Source: Phycisphaerae bacterium
Lineage (GTDB): Bacteria > Planctomycetota > Phycisphaerae > Sedimentisphaerales > UBA12454
NCBI GenBank assembly: GCA_026386845.1
Contig: JAPLMW010000063.1
Location: 4,315-68,314 of the forward strand
DNA: 64,000 bases
Reading direction: 5' to 3'
Below are positions 25,086 through 35,399 of this stretch, piece by piece (position 1 is the first letter of the stretch; the number at the start of each line of letters is the position of its first letter). Position numbers and translations under genes: made by a program. Under the pieces are notes generated by a model. The model had not been told where the DNA came from. It did no database searches and saw only the letters and a list, made by a program, of their open reading frames with translations.

Positions 25086-26573
25086 TCATTTGCCGGATTT
25101 CCATAATGTCTTTACTTTTTCTATAATGCCTGTAGTGCTTTTTCCTTCGACAAGAGGAGCAAGAACGACTTTTCCACCGCTTGACTCGACAAATTCCCTG
25201 CCGATAACACCTTTATCTTTCCAATCAACCCCTTTGACAAGCACATCCGGCCTAACTTTTTTGATAGTTTCGAGCGGGTCAGGTTCATCGAAAATCACAA
25301 TATAGTCAACACTCTCAAGGGCGGAAAGAACGGCAGCCCTGTCAAGCTGGTTATTCAGAGGTCTATCCGGGCCTTTAATTATTTTGACGCTCTTGTCGCT
25401 GTTAAGGGCCAGAACAACAATATCACCCTGCTTTTTGCAGAAGCCGAGAAATTCAATATGGCCTCTGTGCAAAACATCAAAGCAGCCGTTGGTAAAGACT
25501 ATTTTCTGATTGTTTGCCCTGTGCCATTTGAGCTGCTGGACGAGCTGGTCGATGCTTTTGATTTTCGAGCCGCTCTTTTGCTTTCGGCTCATCAATTCGT
25601 TTACTATTTCCTCGATTGAAACTGCGGCAGTGCCGAACTTTTCAACTTCGATACCTCCCGCCACATTACATATTTCGACAGCCATTTTGTAATCAACCCC
25701 TGCCGCCAGCGTCGCGGCAATCGCAGCAAGAACCATATCGCCGGCGCCTGAAACATCATAAACTTTTCTGGCAACAGTCGGTATATGCTCATCGAGCCGG
25801 CTGGTTCTCAGATATGCCCCTTCCTTATCGAGAGTTATTATAACCGCTTCGAGATTGAGCCTATCAGCAAGGATTTTCGCGGCCTTTGCGGCATCAGCGA
25901 TTGTTTTAATATCAACGCCTGAGGCAATCGAGGCTTCCATACGGTTCGGCGTAATAACTGAAGCGTGCGAATACTTTGCAAAATCCGCTTTCGGAGCGGG
26001 GTCTATCAGGACTTTCTTGCCGGCAGAGGCGGCAAGTTTAATCAGAGATTTGCAGAAATTCTCCTCAAAAAACCCTTTGTTATAATCCTGAAGACAGACA
26101 ATATCGACCTGCGAAAGTCTCTTTTTGTACAGGTCGAGAAACTTTTGATAAAGCAGGTCACTCAAAGGTGCATCTTTTTCCTCATCAACTCTCAAGAGCT
26201 GCTGAGGATGAATATGCTGAGCAAGGCCGACGAATCTTTGTTTCGTTATTGTAGGTCTGTCGTCAATCTCTATAAGACCTGAAATATCTGCGCCTGTTTC
26301 TTCGAGCAATTTGCGAAGAGTTTCGGCATTTAAGTCTTTTCCGACAGTGCCGAGACAGAAAACTTTTGCGCCCAGAGCGGCAAGGTCAGCCGCGACGGAT
26401 GCCGCTCCGCCGGGGCGGAACTCCCTGTTAACAACTTTCAGAACCGGCACGGGAGCTTCAGGACTTATTCTCAAGGCGTCGCCGTAAACGTAAATATCCA
26501 GCAGAAAGTCCCCTGCCAGCAGCACCTTCGGTGAGCCGAGATTCTGAATAATATCTATAAGTTTATCATACAT
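25086..26573 (-). CDS. hldE: bifunctional D-beta-D-heptose 7-phosphate kinase / heptose 1-phosphate adenylyltransferase
   Basis: An N-terminal ribokinase-like domain (GAGD) plus a C-terminal cytidylyltransferase domain (FTNGCFDVLHRGH). The preferred start is ATG 26573 (MYDK), preceded by AGAAGGTG. Confidence 0.9.
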   Translation of the reverse strand: MYDKLIDIIQNLGSPKVLLAGDFLLDIYVYGDALRISPEAPVPVLKVVNREFRPGGAASVAADLAALGAKVFCLGTVGKDLNAETLRKLLEETGADISGLIEIDDRPTITKQRFVGLAQHIHPQQLLRVDEEKDAPLSDLLYQKFLDLYKKRLSQVDIVCLQDYNKGFFEENFCKSLIKLAASAGKKVLIDPAPKADFAKYSHASVITPNRMEASIASGVDIKTIADAAKAAKILADRLNLEAVIITLDKEGAYLRTSRLDEHIPTVARKVYDVSGAGDMVLAAIAATLAAGVDYKMAVEICNVAGGIEVEKFGTAAVSIEEIVNELMSRKQKSGSKIKSIDQLVQQLKWHRANNQKIVFTNGCFDVLHRGHIEFLGFCKKQGDIVVLALNSDKSVKIIKGPDRPLNNQLDRAAVLSALESVDYIVIFDEPDPLETIKKVRPDVLVKGVDWKDKGVIGREFVESSGGKVVLAPLVEGKSTTGIIEKVKTLWKSGK

Positions 26574-26681
26574 CCCGCACCTTCTCTTCATTCAATTTTT
26601 TTAAATCTATTTTAATTATACAACCTTTCGATTCTTAAAAGAATATTCATAATTCACCTGAATATTTAGAAGGTGCGGGAT
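26572..26681 (-). promoter_or_regulatory. SD/start-sequestering long-range hairpin upstream of hldE
   Basis: The 14-nt perfect complement atcccgcaccttct (26572-26585) pairs with agaaggtgcgggat (26668-26681). One arm covers the SD and start of hldE, the other the last codons of lpxK. Confidence 0.35.
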
Positions 26682-27811
26682 ACATACTTTTTTATCGCAT
26701 TCTCAACAAGAGCTACAATATCCTGCTGACCATCAATAAATTCAAGCTCGACAGCCAGATACGCGATTGGAATATCAAATTTTTCGATGCACAGCAGAGC
26801 CGCTTTTATCCAATCCTTTTGCGTAGTAATTATCATCTCTGCCTGTTTGTATCTGCAGTCCTGGCAGATTTCCACAATGTCAGACTCGGTATACCTATGG
26901 TGGTCATTATACACCCTTTTGCCGACAATGTTAAGCGCCAGTTCCGACAGCGTCTGAAAGAATGCGCCGGGGTTGCCGATGCCGCAAAAGGCGTATAATC
27001 TTTTGCCCGCAAGCTCATCCAGCGTTATTTGCTTATCTTTTATGAGTCTGGCACAAATCGGCTTGTGGATGGCGGAGGCAAAAACGATTTTTGGATTTAT
27101 CCGGGATACTCTTTCTTTGATTTCTTCAATTTTTTCCGGTGCCGTGAGGCATCCCCCAGCGGACTGGGTCTGGTTGATGCGCGTTATTACAACAGCATCG
27201 GCTCTTTTCAGCGAACTGAGCGGTTCTCTCAAAAATCCCGCCGGCAGAAGTTTCCCCCGGCCGAAAGGTTCGGTTGCATCTATAGCAACGATATCTACAT
27301 CTCTGGCGAGTTTTCTGTGCTGAAAACCATCGTCCATAATTAAAAATTTCGCGTTGTATTTGGTTATCGCTTTTTTCGCGCCTTCTACCCTGTCGGGGTT
27401 AATTATTATCTGGGCTTTCGGACAGGCCTTGGCGAGTATCGCAGGCTCATCCGCAAAATCAGAGTTTCCCTTATATCCTCTCGTCAGGACAGCGATAGTA
27501 ATATTTTCCGCGGTGAAGTAATTGCAAAGCCAGGCGACCAGCGGAGTTTTGCCTGTGCCGCCGGTAGTAATGTTGCCGATGCTCACCACGGCAGCATCAA
27601 CTTTTGTCCTTTTGAAAATTGAAAAATCAAAAAGAAGATTCCGCAAAGCAACCGCGATACGATAGAAAAATGAAAAAATCAGCAGAATTGAGCGCAGCAG
27701 TCTATAGCCGAAAGACGGATTCTCGCAAGTAACTATTTTTCGCCAGAAAATCCTGTTCAAACAATCCCCCCTATTCTTGCTTTCGCCGCAAGAAAGCATA
27801 GGGGGCTCCAC
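26666..27811 (-). CDS. lpxK: tetraacyldisaccharide 4'-kinase
   Basis: 381-aa ORF with the P-loop GNITTGGTGKTP and an LpxK-type N-terminal helix. The start codon is uncertain. Confidence 0.85.
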   Translation of the reverse strand: MEPPMLSCGESKNRGDCLNRIFWRKIVTCENPSFGYRLLRSILLIFSFFYRIAVALRNLLFDFSIFKRTKVDAAVVSIGNITTGGTGKTPLVAWLCNYFTAENITIAVLTRGYKGNSDFADEPAILAKACPKAQIIINPDRVEGAKKAITKYNAKFLIMDDGFQHRKLARDVDIVAIDATEPFGRGKLLPAGFLREPLSSLKRADAVVITRINQTQSAGGCLTAPEKIEEIKERVSRINPKIVFASAIHKPICARLIKDKQITLDELAGKRLYAFCGIGNPGAFFQTLSELALNIVGKRVYNDHHRYTESDIVEICQDCRYKQAEMIITTQKDWIKAALLCIEKFDIPIAYLAVELEFIDGQQDIVALVENAIKKYVSRTF

Positions 27812-27831
27812 AAATCTTCAATCTTAAATCT

Positions 27832-28911
27832 TCAATTTTCAATTCTTTTTATAATGGCGTCGGCCATTTCGCTTGTGCCAACAGCAGTCGGGTCGTCTCT
27901 GTCCGGTTTCATATCATAAGTAACATACTTACCTTCAGCTATCACATCCGCGACAGCCTTTTCAAGTTTATCCGCCTCTTTAATTTTTTCCAGGTGCCGA
28001 AGCATCAGAACGCCGGAGAGAATCAGTGCACAGGGATTAACCTTGTTTTGTCCCGCATATTTCGGAGCGCTGCCGTGAGTGGCTTCGAAGATTGCACCCT
28101 TATCGCCGATGTTCGCGCCGGGGGCTACGCCCAGGCCGCCGACTAATCCTGCGCATAAATCGCTGAGTATATCGCCGTAAAGATTCGGCAGAACCAGCAC
28201 ATCATAAAGCTCCGGCTTTTGAATAAGCTGCATACACATATTGTCAACGATGCGGTCCTCGAACTCGATGTCAGGATAATTTTTCGCAACCTGTCTGCTT
28301 GTTTCGAGCCACAGGCCGTCGGTATATTTCATAATGTTGGCCTTGTGAACACTCGTTACTTTTTCCCTTTTGTATTTTCTGGCGTATTCGAATGCGAAAC
28401 GGACTATCTTCTGCGTCGCTTTAACAGAAATTGGTTTTATGCTTATTCCTGCATCATTGCCGATTTGTCTTTTGCTGTGCTTGTTGAGCCAGTTGATAAG
28501 CTCTGCGGTATCATCCTTTCCCTTTTCAAATTCGATGCCTGCGTAGAGGTCTTCCGTATTTTCACGGACGATAACAAGGTCTATATTTTCATATCTGCTT
28601 CGGACGCCTTTGTAGCTTTTGCAGGGACGAAGGCAGGCGTAAAGTTCAAGTTCCTGTCTTAAGAAAACATTTATGCTCCGAAAACCCGTGCCTACCGGCG
28701 TAGTAATGGGAGCTTTTAAACCGATGCCGTTTTTTCTGAGCGAATCGATAGTCGCCTGCGGCAGCGGCGTGCCGGTTTTAGCCATAATATCGACGCCGGC
28801 CTCTGCCAATTCCCATTTTATGTCGGCTCCGGTCGCGTCAATACATCTTTTTGCCGCCTCGGCAATTTCGGGTCCTATGCCGTCGCCGGTAATTAAAGTA
28901 ACTGTCGTCAT
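27832..28911 (-). CDS. isocitrate dehydrogenase, NAD-type (isocitrate/isopropylmalate dehydrogenase family)
   Basis: 359-aa ORF with [18 protein letters not shown] and NLYGDILSD motifs. Confidence 0.8.
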   Translation of the reverse strand: MTTVTLITGDGIGPEIAEAAKRCIDATGADIKWELAEAGVDIMAKTGTPLPQATIDSLRKNGIGLKAPITTPVGTGFRSINVFLRQELELYACLRPCKSYKGVRSRYENIDLVIVRENTEDLYAGIEFEKGKDDTAELINWLNKHSKRQIGNDAGISIKPISVKATQKIVRFAFEYARKYKREKVTSVHKANIMKYTDGLWLETSRQVAKNYPDIEFEDRIVDNMCMQLIQKPELYDVLVLPNLYGDILSDLCAGLVGGLGVAPGANIGDKGAIFEATHGSAPKYAGQNKVNPCALILSGVLMLRHLEKIKEADKLEKAVADVIAEGKYVTYDMKPDRDDPTAVGTSEMADAIIKRIEN

Positions 28912-29005
28912 TTAGCAAATCTCCGGAATTAAATTAGAAACATAGTATGTTAAGGCAAAAGGTAGGTATTGTCAATAACGACCTGCGGCGCAATGGTGTG
29001 ATGCT

Positions 29006-30241
29006 TTACACGAGGATTGGCGCGGCTCTTTCGGCATCTATAAGTTTTCTGACCTGCAGGAAATCGTCGTGTCTTGCGATGAACGCATCGACGATAATAG
29101 GGTCAAAGTGTTTGCCCCGCTCCTGGCATATCATCACATAGGCTATTTCAGGCCGAAAGGCCGGCTTGTAAACTCTCGAGCTTGTAAGGGCATCATAGAC
29201 ATCGGCAATGGCCACAATCCTTGCCGCAAGCGGTATCTGGTTTCCCTTCAAACCTTCGGGGTAGCCGGTGCCGTCAAATCTTTCATGATGGTATTGCGCG
29301 ATATCGACAGCCATTTCAAGGAAACCTGCGCTGACAACGTTTCTTATAGCCCTTCCGAGCGCTTCAGAGCCGATGAGCGAGTGCTGCTTCATAACTTCGA
29401 ATTCATCGTCTGTGAGGCTGCCGGGCTTGAGAAGCACACAGTCCGGTATTCCGATTTTTCCGATGTCGTGCAGCGGACTTGAACGGTAGAGGTCTTCTAT
29501 AAACTTATCGTTTATCTGCTCGCCATAAGAGCCGTCGTTTCGCAGTTCCTCGGCGAGTATATGACAATAACTGCGGATTCTTTCGAGATGTTCGCCTGTT
29601 TCCGGGTCGCGCGATTCAGCGAGCGACGCGAGCACAAACATTGCCACATCACGGGTGTCGGCAATCTGAGCGGTTCTTTCCTGCACAAGACTGTCAAGGT
29701 GGTTTAAAAGCTCCCATTTTTCCGTCAGCGCGACAGCCAACTGGCAGACCTCGATGTTATCGAACGGCTTTTTCAGGATTAACAGTTTTTCAGTTGTTCC
29801 AAGTCTATCGGCAATATCCGTCCAGGAATAATCCGAATACGCAGTGCAGATGACAATCTGAAGCTGCGGCTGGACCTTCCAGAGATGCTCAATTGTTTCT
29901 ATTCCGTCCCAGTCGGATTCCATTCGAAGGTCAACAAACGCCATCGCGTAAGGCCTGCCCTGCCGCTGGGCGTCAATAATCTTTTCCAGACCGTCGTGCC
30001 CGCTGAAAGCACAATCCACCTCAAAACCGACGGAAACGTTTTGATTACCTGCTGCCCCCACTCTTGCTTTCGCCGCAAGAAAGCGTGGGGGCATGTCAGA
30101 ACCGAAAACCGCGGCTCTGGCAGCGTCAAGCGACGTATTAACCGGGCCTTCGGAGAGTATCTGCCTGAAATCCTCGTGTATTGATTCCTTGTCGTCGATT
30201 ACGAGAATTCTTCGGTTTTTTACTTCAACTATACTTTCCAT
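29006..30241 (-). CDS. response regulator with an HD-GYP domain (c-di-GMP phosphodiesterase type)
   Basis: 411-aa ORF with an N-terminal receiver domain and a C-terminal HD...HHERFDGTGYP. Confidence 0.85.
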   Translation of the reverse strand: MESIVEVKNRRILVIDDKESIHEDFRQILSEGPVNTSLDAARAAVFGSDMPPRFLAAKARVGAAGNQNVSVGFEVDCAFSGHDGLEKIIDAQRQGRPYAMAFVDLRMESDWDGIETIEHLWKVQPQLQIVICTAYSDYSWTDIADRLGTTEKLLILKKPFDNIEVCQLAVALTEKWELLNHLDSLVQERTAQIADTRDVAMFVLASLAESRDPETGEHLERIRSYCHILAEELRNDGSYGEQINDKFIEDLYRSSPLHDIGKIGIPDCVLLKPGSLTDDEFEVMKQHSLIGSEALGRAIRNVVSAGFLEMAVDIAQYHHERFDGTGYPEGLKGNQIPLAARIVAIADVYDALTSSRVYKPAFRPEIAYVMICQERGKHFDPIIVDAFIARHDDFLQVRKLIDAERAAPILV

Positions 30242-31931
30242 TTTTTACCTCCGCTTTTTTTAATGGAAGCTCAAGAATAAACGTCGCCCCCTGATTTTGA
30301 CCTCCGCTTTTAGCGGTCAGCGTTGCCTGCATATCTCTTGCGGCAAGCAGGCAGCTATGCAGTCCAAATCCGTGACCGGCCCGTTTGGTCGTGTAGCCGT
30401 TCTCAAATACCGCATCAAGGTCGGCAGGATTTATCCCGATACCATTGTCTATAATCTCAATTCTCACCTTTGAGTCATTCGTTTTTGCAGTTCTGATTCT
30501 CAGCAGCTTCGGCTCTCTATCGCTTTTTGACAGCGAATGTTCGGCATTATCAATCAGATTTACGAGTATCTGCAGTGTTCTCTGCCTGTCGATAAGGATA
30601 CTGCCGATATCATCGTATTCGCGGACAATTTCGATATTATACCTTTCGAGTCCGGCATTATTGATTTCTACCGCATTTTCAATAAGTTCGTTCAGCAATA
30701 CGCTGTCACGCTGCGCACCTGTTCCGGCATACAACTGCTGCATCTGAACGATGTTTTTGACATGCTCGACATTTTTCATAAGAGAGCGCAGTTTCTCGAC
30801 CGTTTCGGCCTGCTGCTGTACAAGATGACTGCTGACCTCCGCAAGATAAGTCGGGATATGTTTCCCCTGCGGGTCATTTGTGAAAAATTCCGCCAGGTCG
30901 GCGCTGTTCTCTCTGAGCAGTTCGGCCAGTTTAGTCAGGTTGGAGATTTCCGAATTCGTTATTTTCTCAGTAACAATCGCGGCTGAAACGTTTATGCTGT
31001 TAAGGGCATTGCCGACATTGTGCAGGACATTGGCCGCGACTTCGGCCATTCCGGCGCTGTGCGAGGTTTCCATAAGTTTCTTGTAAGTGATTTCGAGCTG
31101 AAGATTGAGCTTTTCAAGCTTGGCCTGCGACTCCTGGGCTTTTTCCTTGGCAATTCTCATCTGCTCTTCGGCGTTCTTCATCTCAGTTATATCCTTAAGA
31201 AGACAATCGTAAGAAACCTGCGAGTCATTTTTGCTAAGCTGCCGGACGACAGTGCTTTTTACCCACCGCAGAGCGCCGTCTTTGCGAATTATTCTGTATT
31301 CGACAGATTCGGCCGCTTCTCCCATAGCGCATCTGTTTAACTGCTGCGAAACCCTCTGCTTGTCGTCCTTATGAACCATTTCGAACCACAGCGAATGATT
31401 TTCGTTAAGCTCCTGCGCACTGTAACCCGTAACAGCAATGCTCAAATCGCTGTGGAGAATTTCTGTTATGCGGCCGGCAGAAATTTTTATGGTAAATATA
31501 TAATCCGTAATACTGTTGGTAATCCGTTGGTATCTTTCCTCGCTTTTTTGCAGCTCGTTTTCATAATTGATTGTTCTTGCTCCAACCGCCATTCTGCTTT
31601 TCAGCACTTTTTTGTCGAATGGCTTGCACAGGTAATCATCTGCGCCGGTATCGAGAGCAGTAACAACATCTTCATTTTCCATCTTCGAGGTCAGAAAGAT
31701 TATAAAAGTGTATTTGCGGTTCTGGGCGGAGCGAATTTTTTTGCAAAGCTCAAGCCCGTCCATTGCCGGCATCATCCAGTCAATAAGAACAATTTCAGGC
31801 TGCTGGTCCTGTATAATTTGCCAGGCTTCGCTGCCATTCTGCGCAGAGAGAACTTCATACCCCCAGTCTTTGAGGTGTTTTTCGAGTATAATTCTCGATG
31901 CAGTATCGTCTTCTGCGATAAGCACTTTCAT
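30225..31931 (-). CDS. hybrid sensor: receiver + PAS + histidine kinase
   Basis: Receiver (MKVLIAEDD...DWMMP...K), a PAS region, an H-box-like LHNVGNALNS, and HATPase motifs (DNGIGI, GHGFGLH). Overlaps the downstream regulator by 17 nt. Confidence 0.8.
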   Translation of the reverse strand: MKVLIAEDDTASRIILEKHLKDWGYEVLSAQNGSEAWQIIQDQQPEIVLIDWMMPAMDGLELCKKIRSAQNRKYTFIIFLTSKMENEDVVTALDTGADDYLCKPFDKKVLKSRMAVGARTINYENELQKSEERYQRITNSITDYIFTIKISAGRITEILHSDLSIAVTGYSAQELNENHSLWFEMVHKDDKQRVSQQLNRCAMGEAAESVEYRIIRKDGALRWVKSTVVRQLSKNDSQVSYDCLLKDITEMKNAEEQMRIAKEKAQESQAKLEKLNLQLEITYKKLMETSHSAGMAEVAANVLHNVGNALNSINVSAAIVTEKITNSEISNLTKLAELLRENSADLAEFFTNDPQGKHIPTYLAEVSSHLVQQQAETVEKLRSLMKNVEHVKNIVQMQQLYAGTGAQRDSVLLNELIENAVEINNAGLERYNIEIVREYDDIGSILIDRQRTLQILVNLIDNAEHSLSKSDREPKLLRIRTAKTNDSKVRIEIIDNGIGINPADLDAVFENGYTTKRAGHGFGLHSCLLAARDMQATLTAKSGGQNQGATFILELPLKKAEVKNGKYS

Positions 31932-32234
31932 ATCAATCCCATAAAAATGTTTTTTGTCTATAAAGGTTTCTATTAAATCGGCACAATAAAGAACCGACTT
32001 TTTTTGCAATTTTTTCGGGATTTGGAGAGAAAATACGCGATTATTTCCTCCAAAGCCGGTTTTTATCGGAATTTGAGGGCGGGTATGGTTTTCAAGGCTT
32101 GTTTTAGGCCTGTGCTATATAAAAAATACCGCAAATTTTGTCGATATTGGCGGTTTTTAACTCATAAATTCAAGAAATTCCGCTAAAAAGTCCGAAAATA
32201 TAGTAGTCTGAAATCTTTTTGATGGAACAAACTA

Positions 32235-33275
32235 ATGGAGCAACAAAACAGCCTGCAAAAGCTGAATGAACCGATTTTCAGCAGGAAAAAATCTCTATTA
32301 ACGGTCAGCCAATACGCAGCCCGGCAGGGAGTCTCCACCGGCGTTGTGCAGGAATGCGCCAAGCTCGGCGTAGTGCAGGTCAGAAAACACAGGGATAAAA
32401 CCTTCATAGTTGACCTGCCGCTCGATACATACAAAATCATCAAACAGCAGGATTCACTTTCCCCAGAAACAATTGACTCTACATTGTCTGCAAATAAAAT
32501 TACCGAGCTTGTAAACAGGATTTTCAAACAGGACAGTGAAACAAAAGTCTTGCCTGCTGAAACCAAAAAAAACGAAAGCAGAAAAAACACCCGCTGCCTC
32601 GACTTGCCCCCTCAGCTTCTTGCGAAGCAAGAGAGGGGACAGAGGCAAGGCAAAACTGACTTAGCTGAAATAAAACCTGCTTCTGCTGAATCGCCGTTTT
32701 CGCAGCCGCAGCATAAAGAGCCGGACACAATACCCGATTTGCAGTTGTTTGCCGACCCCCCTCTGCTTCTTGCCCGCCGCCCCGACTCGCGTCGGGAGAC
32801 GCGGGGGCAGGCGAAGCAAGAGAGGGGGCAGCCCGCCAGATTTCGTATCCCGCTTTTGCGAGGTCTTACTGAATCCATAAAATCTGTTTCGGTCTGGAAA
32901 CTGGCGTCTGTTGTCGCAGCAGCGGCATTCGTCATAAGCTTATGTGCCTATTCGTGGGTAAGTATCGACAGGAAAATCCAGAAGCAGAAACTTCAACAGG
33001 CTTATGAAAGCATTAACAAACTCGTAACCAAATACGAAGAGACAAGACAACAGGCCAGATTATATGAATTCGATATGATGAGCTGGCGTTCGGAAGCGGA
33101 ACAATCGAAAAGGGCGCTGCTTAGCACTGAATCAGAGCTCCAGAATGCAAGAAAGAATCTTTCCGAAACCAGAAAAGACCTGGATAATATGCAGCAGTAC
33201 AATAACGAGACACTTAAAGACCTTAACGAGCAGATAACCAAAATCAGATCACGCATCCCAATCGCCGGCGAATAA
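32235..33275 (+). CDS. hypothetical protein (HTH-like N-terminus, repeat-derived middle, TM segment plus coiled coil)
   Basis: 346-aa ORF. The middle third is encoded by GC-rich dispersed repeats (32616-32648 and 32756-32831). Confidence 0.5.
   Translation: MEQQNSLQKLNEPIFSRKKSLLTVSQYAARQGVSTGVVQECAKLGVVQVRKHRDKTFIVDLPLDTYKIIKQQDSLSPETIDSTLSANKITELVNRIFKQDSETKVLPAETKKNESRKNTRCLDLPPQLLAKQERGQRQGKTDLAEIKPASAESPFSQPQHKEPDTIPDLQLFADPPLLLARRPDSRRETRGQAKQERGQPARFRIPLLRGLTESIKSVSVWKLASVVAAAAFVISLCAYSWVSIDRKIQKQKLQQAYESINKLVTKYEETRQQARLYEFDMMSWRSEAEQSKRALLSTESELQNARKNLSETRKDLDNMQQYNNETLKDLNEQITKIRSRIPIAGE
32756..32831 (+). repeat. ~80-bp nested-hairpin dispersed repeat inside a CDS
   Basis: ccccctctgcttcttgcccgccgccccgactcgcgtcgggagacgcgggggcaggcgaagcaagagagggggcag. 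About 90% identical by eye to the reverse complement of 54347-54427. Confidence 0.8.
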
Positions 33276-33384
33276 CCAACGCAATAAACCGGCTTCATAT
33301 CTTTTTCTTGCCATACCCGACTATCCCGGCTATAGTAAGCGTTTGTTCCTTCGACAGGCTCAGGACAAGTTTTTTGGAGTTTTT

Positions 33385-34350
33385 ATGGCGCATATTTTTA
33401 TAAATCAGATTCAGCCGGGCCAGCAAATAAATGATATTTACCTGATAAGCCAGCCCATACTGCGAAGCACAACCCGCGGCGATTTGTATATCGCTATGTT
33501 TGTAAGCGACAAGACCGGCAGACTAAACTGCAGAGTCTGGCAGGCGACAGAGGAGCTTTTTAATTCGCTGCCAAAGGAAGGATTTGTTCATATAAAAGGC
33601 AGAAGCGAGCTGTATCAGAACACGCTGCAGATTGTCGCCGACCAGTTAATGGCTGTTCCGCCTGAAAAAATAAAAGTTGACGATTATCTGCCGAGAACAC
33701 AGAAAGATATCCGGCAGATGTTCGAAGAGATAACAAAAATTCTGGCCGTTATAAAAAACCCGTTTGTAAAAGCTCTTGTTGACGAATTTCTCAAGGATAA
33801 GGACCTGATGAAGAAATTCTGCACGGCGCCGGCGGCAACACAGAACCATCACAGCTATATCGGCGGTCTTCTTGAGCATACGCATAATATGATGAATGTG
33901 GCAAAGGCTGTGATGCCTTACTATCCCCAGCTTCAGAGCGACCTCGTCCTTGCGGGAATATTTCTGCATGATATGGGCAAGACCGATGAGCTTTCCTACG
34001 ATATGGCTTTCAGCTATACCGACAGCGGCCAATTGCTCGGCCATATTGTTCAGACTACATTTATGGTCAACGATAAAGCAGCGATTTTAAAACAGGCAGG
34101 TATCGAAACTGACAAACAGATTCTCGACAGTATTATGCACATAATAGTTTCGCATCACGGCCAATATGAGTTCGGCTCACCTCGCCTTCCGATGACCGCT
34201 GAAGCCTATCTGGTCAGCCTGCTCGACAATATCGACGCCAAAATCAATCAGGTTACAGATAAGATTGAAAACGAGCCGGGCGAGGCAAACTGGACCGCCT
34301 ACGTAAAGGCTCTGGAAGCAAAACTTTACAGAAAAAGAGTTGTAGAATAA
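33385..34350 (+). CDS. OB-fold + HD-domain 3'-5' exoribonuclease (YhaM-like)
   Basis: An OB-fold N-terminus followed by an HD domain (HHSYIGGLLEHT, LHDMGK, SHHG). The preferred start is MAHIF. Confidence 0.7.
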   Translation: MAHIFINQIQPGQQINDIYLISQPILRSTTRGDLYIAMFVSDKTGRLNCRVWQATEELFNSLPKEGFVHIKGRSELYQNTLQIVADQLMAVPPEKIKVDDYLPRTQKDIRQMFEEITKILAVIKNPFVKALVDEFLKDKDLMKKFCTAPAATQNHHSYIGGLLEHTHNMMNVAKAVMPYYPQLQSDLVLAGIFLHDMGKTDELSYDMAFSYTDSGQLLGHIVQTTFMVNDKAAILKQAGIETDKQILDSIMHIIVSHHGQYEFGSPRLPMTAEAYLVSLLDNIDAKINQVTDKIENEPGEANWTAYVKALEAKLYRKRVVE

Positions 34351-34544
34351 GGTTTTGAGTTCCCCAAATCCCCTATCCTCGGCGAAGTCTTCAACTTGCT
34401 TACTTATTTTATCAGCATTATTGAGTGAGTTTTTTAGATAAATGTCCGGATAGTGCCAACTGTACGGCACTTGCAGCGGAAATTAATTGATGGTTATAAT
34501 AGAATCGCTGACTACACTGATTAAAAGGAAGTAAAAAAGCTGAT

Positions 34545-35243
34545 TTAGTCTTTTTTCTCGCCGATGACTCCCAGTTCTATAAGTGCGTTGTAAGCGGCCA
34601 TTTGCTGAGCTTCTTTTTTTGTATTGCCCCATGCGCTGGGATACCTTTTTTTATCAATAATAACCGAGCTTTCGAAGCATTTATTATGGTCAGGTCCCTT
34701 TTCGTCGAGGATTTCATAGCTTACCGAGTGATTTAAATTCTGCTGGGCGTACTGCTGAAGAAGTGATTTGTAGTTTTCCTGATGCTCGGCGGCATCGGCC
34801 TGGTCAATCAACGGGGCGAAGAGCCTGAGAATAAACTCCCTTGCCGCCTCAAATCCGCCGTCGATAAATATCGCCGCTATTACCGCCTCCAGCGTCGCAG
34901 CAGCGATAGAACCCTTCAGCGCCCTGCTTTTCTGCATACCCGGCCCTAAACTCAGCATAGATTCGAGATTGAGCTGGCCGGCGATAAGCGAACAGGTTTT
35001 TCGTGAGACGAGCCTGCTTTTGATTTTTGTAAGGTCGCCTTCGAGATAACCCGGAAATTTTTCATACAGTGCCTGACAGATAATTAATCCGAGGATTGAA
35101 TCGCCGAGGAATTCGAGTCTTTCATTGCTTTCGAGTTTCTGTGCTGATGATGAATGAGTGAGCGATTTTTTCAGGAGCGAGCGGTTAGTAAAATGATATT
35201 GAAGCACCTTTTCGAACTGCTCTGCGAATTCATCCGCTTTCAT
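34545..35243 (-). CDS. rnc: ribonuclease III
   Basis: 232-aa ORF with the signature NERLEFLGDS and a C-terminal dsRBD. Confidence 0.95.
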   Translation of the reverse strand: MKADEFAEQFEKVLQYHFTNRSLLKKSLTHSSSAQKLESNERLEFLGDSILGLIICQALYEKFPGYLEGDLTKIKSRLVSRKTCSLIAGQLNLESMLSLGPGMQKSRALKGSIAAATLEAVIAAIFIDGGFEAAREFILRLFAPLIDQADAAEHQENYKSLLQQYAQQNLNHSVSYEILDEKGPDHNKCFESSVIIDKKRYPSAWGNTKKEAQQMAAYNALIELGVIGEKKD

Positions 35244-35399
35244 AATGATTCCTTTGAGTTATGAACCGCAGATTACAGGGATTACACAGATAACAACAGA
35301 CATCTGTGAATCCGCAAAATCTATGGTTAATTATTAAAAAATATCGCTATTATGTTAACACTTTATATTTAAAATGTCAACTCTTTGCGTTAAAAAGCT

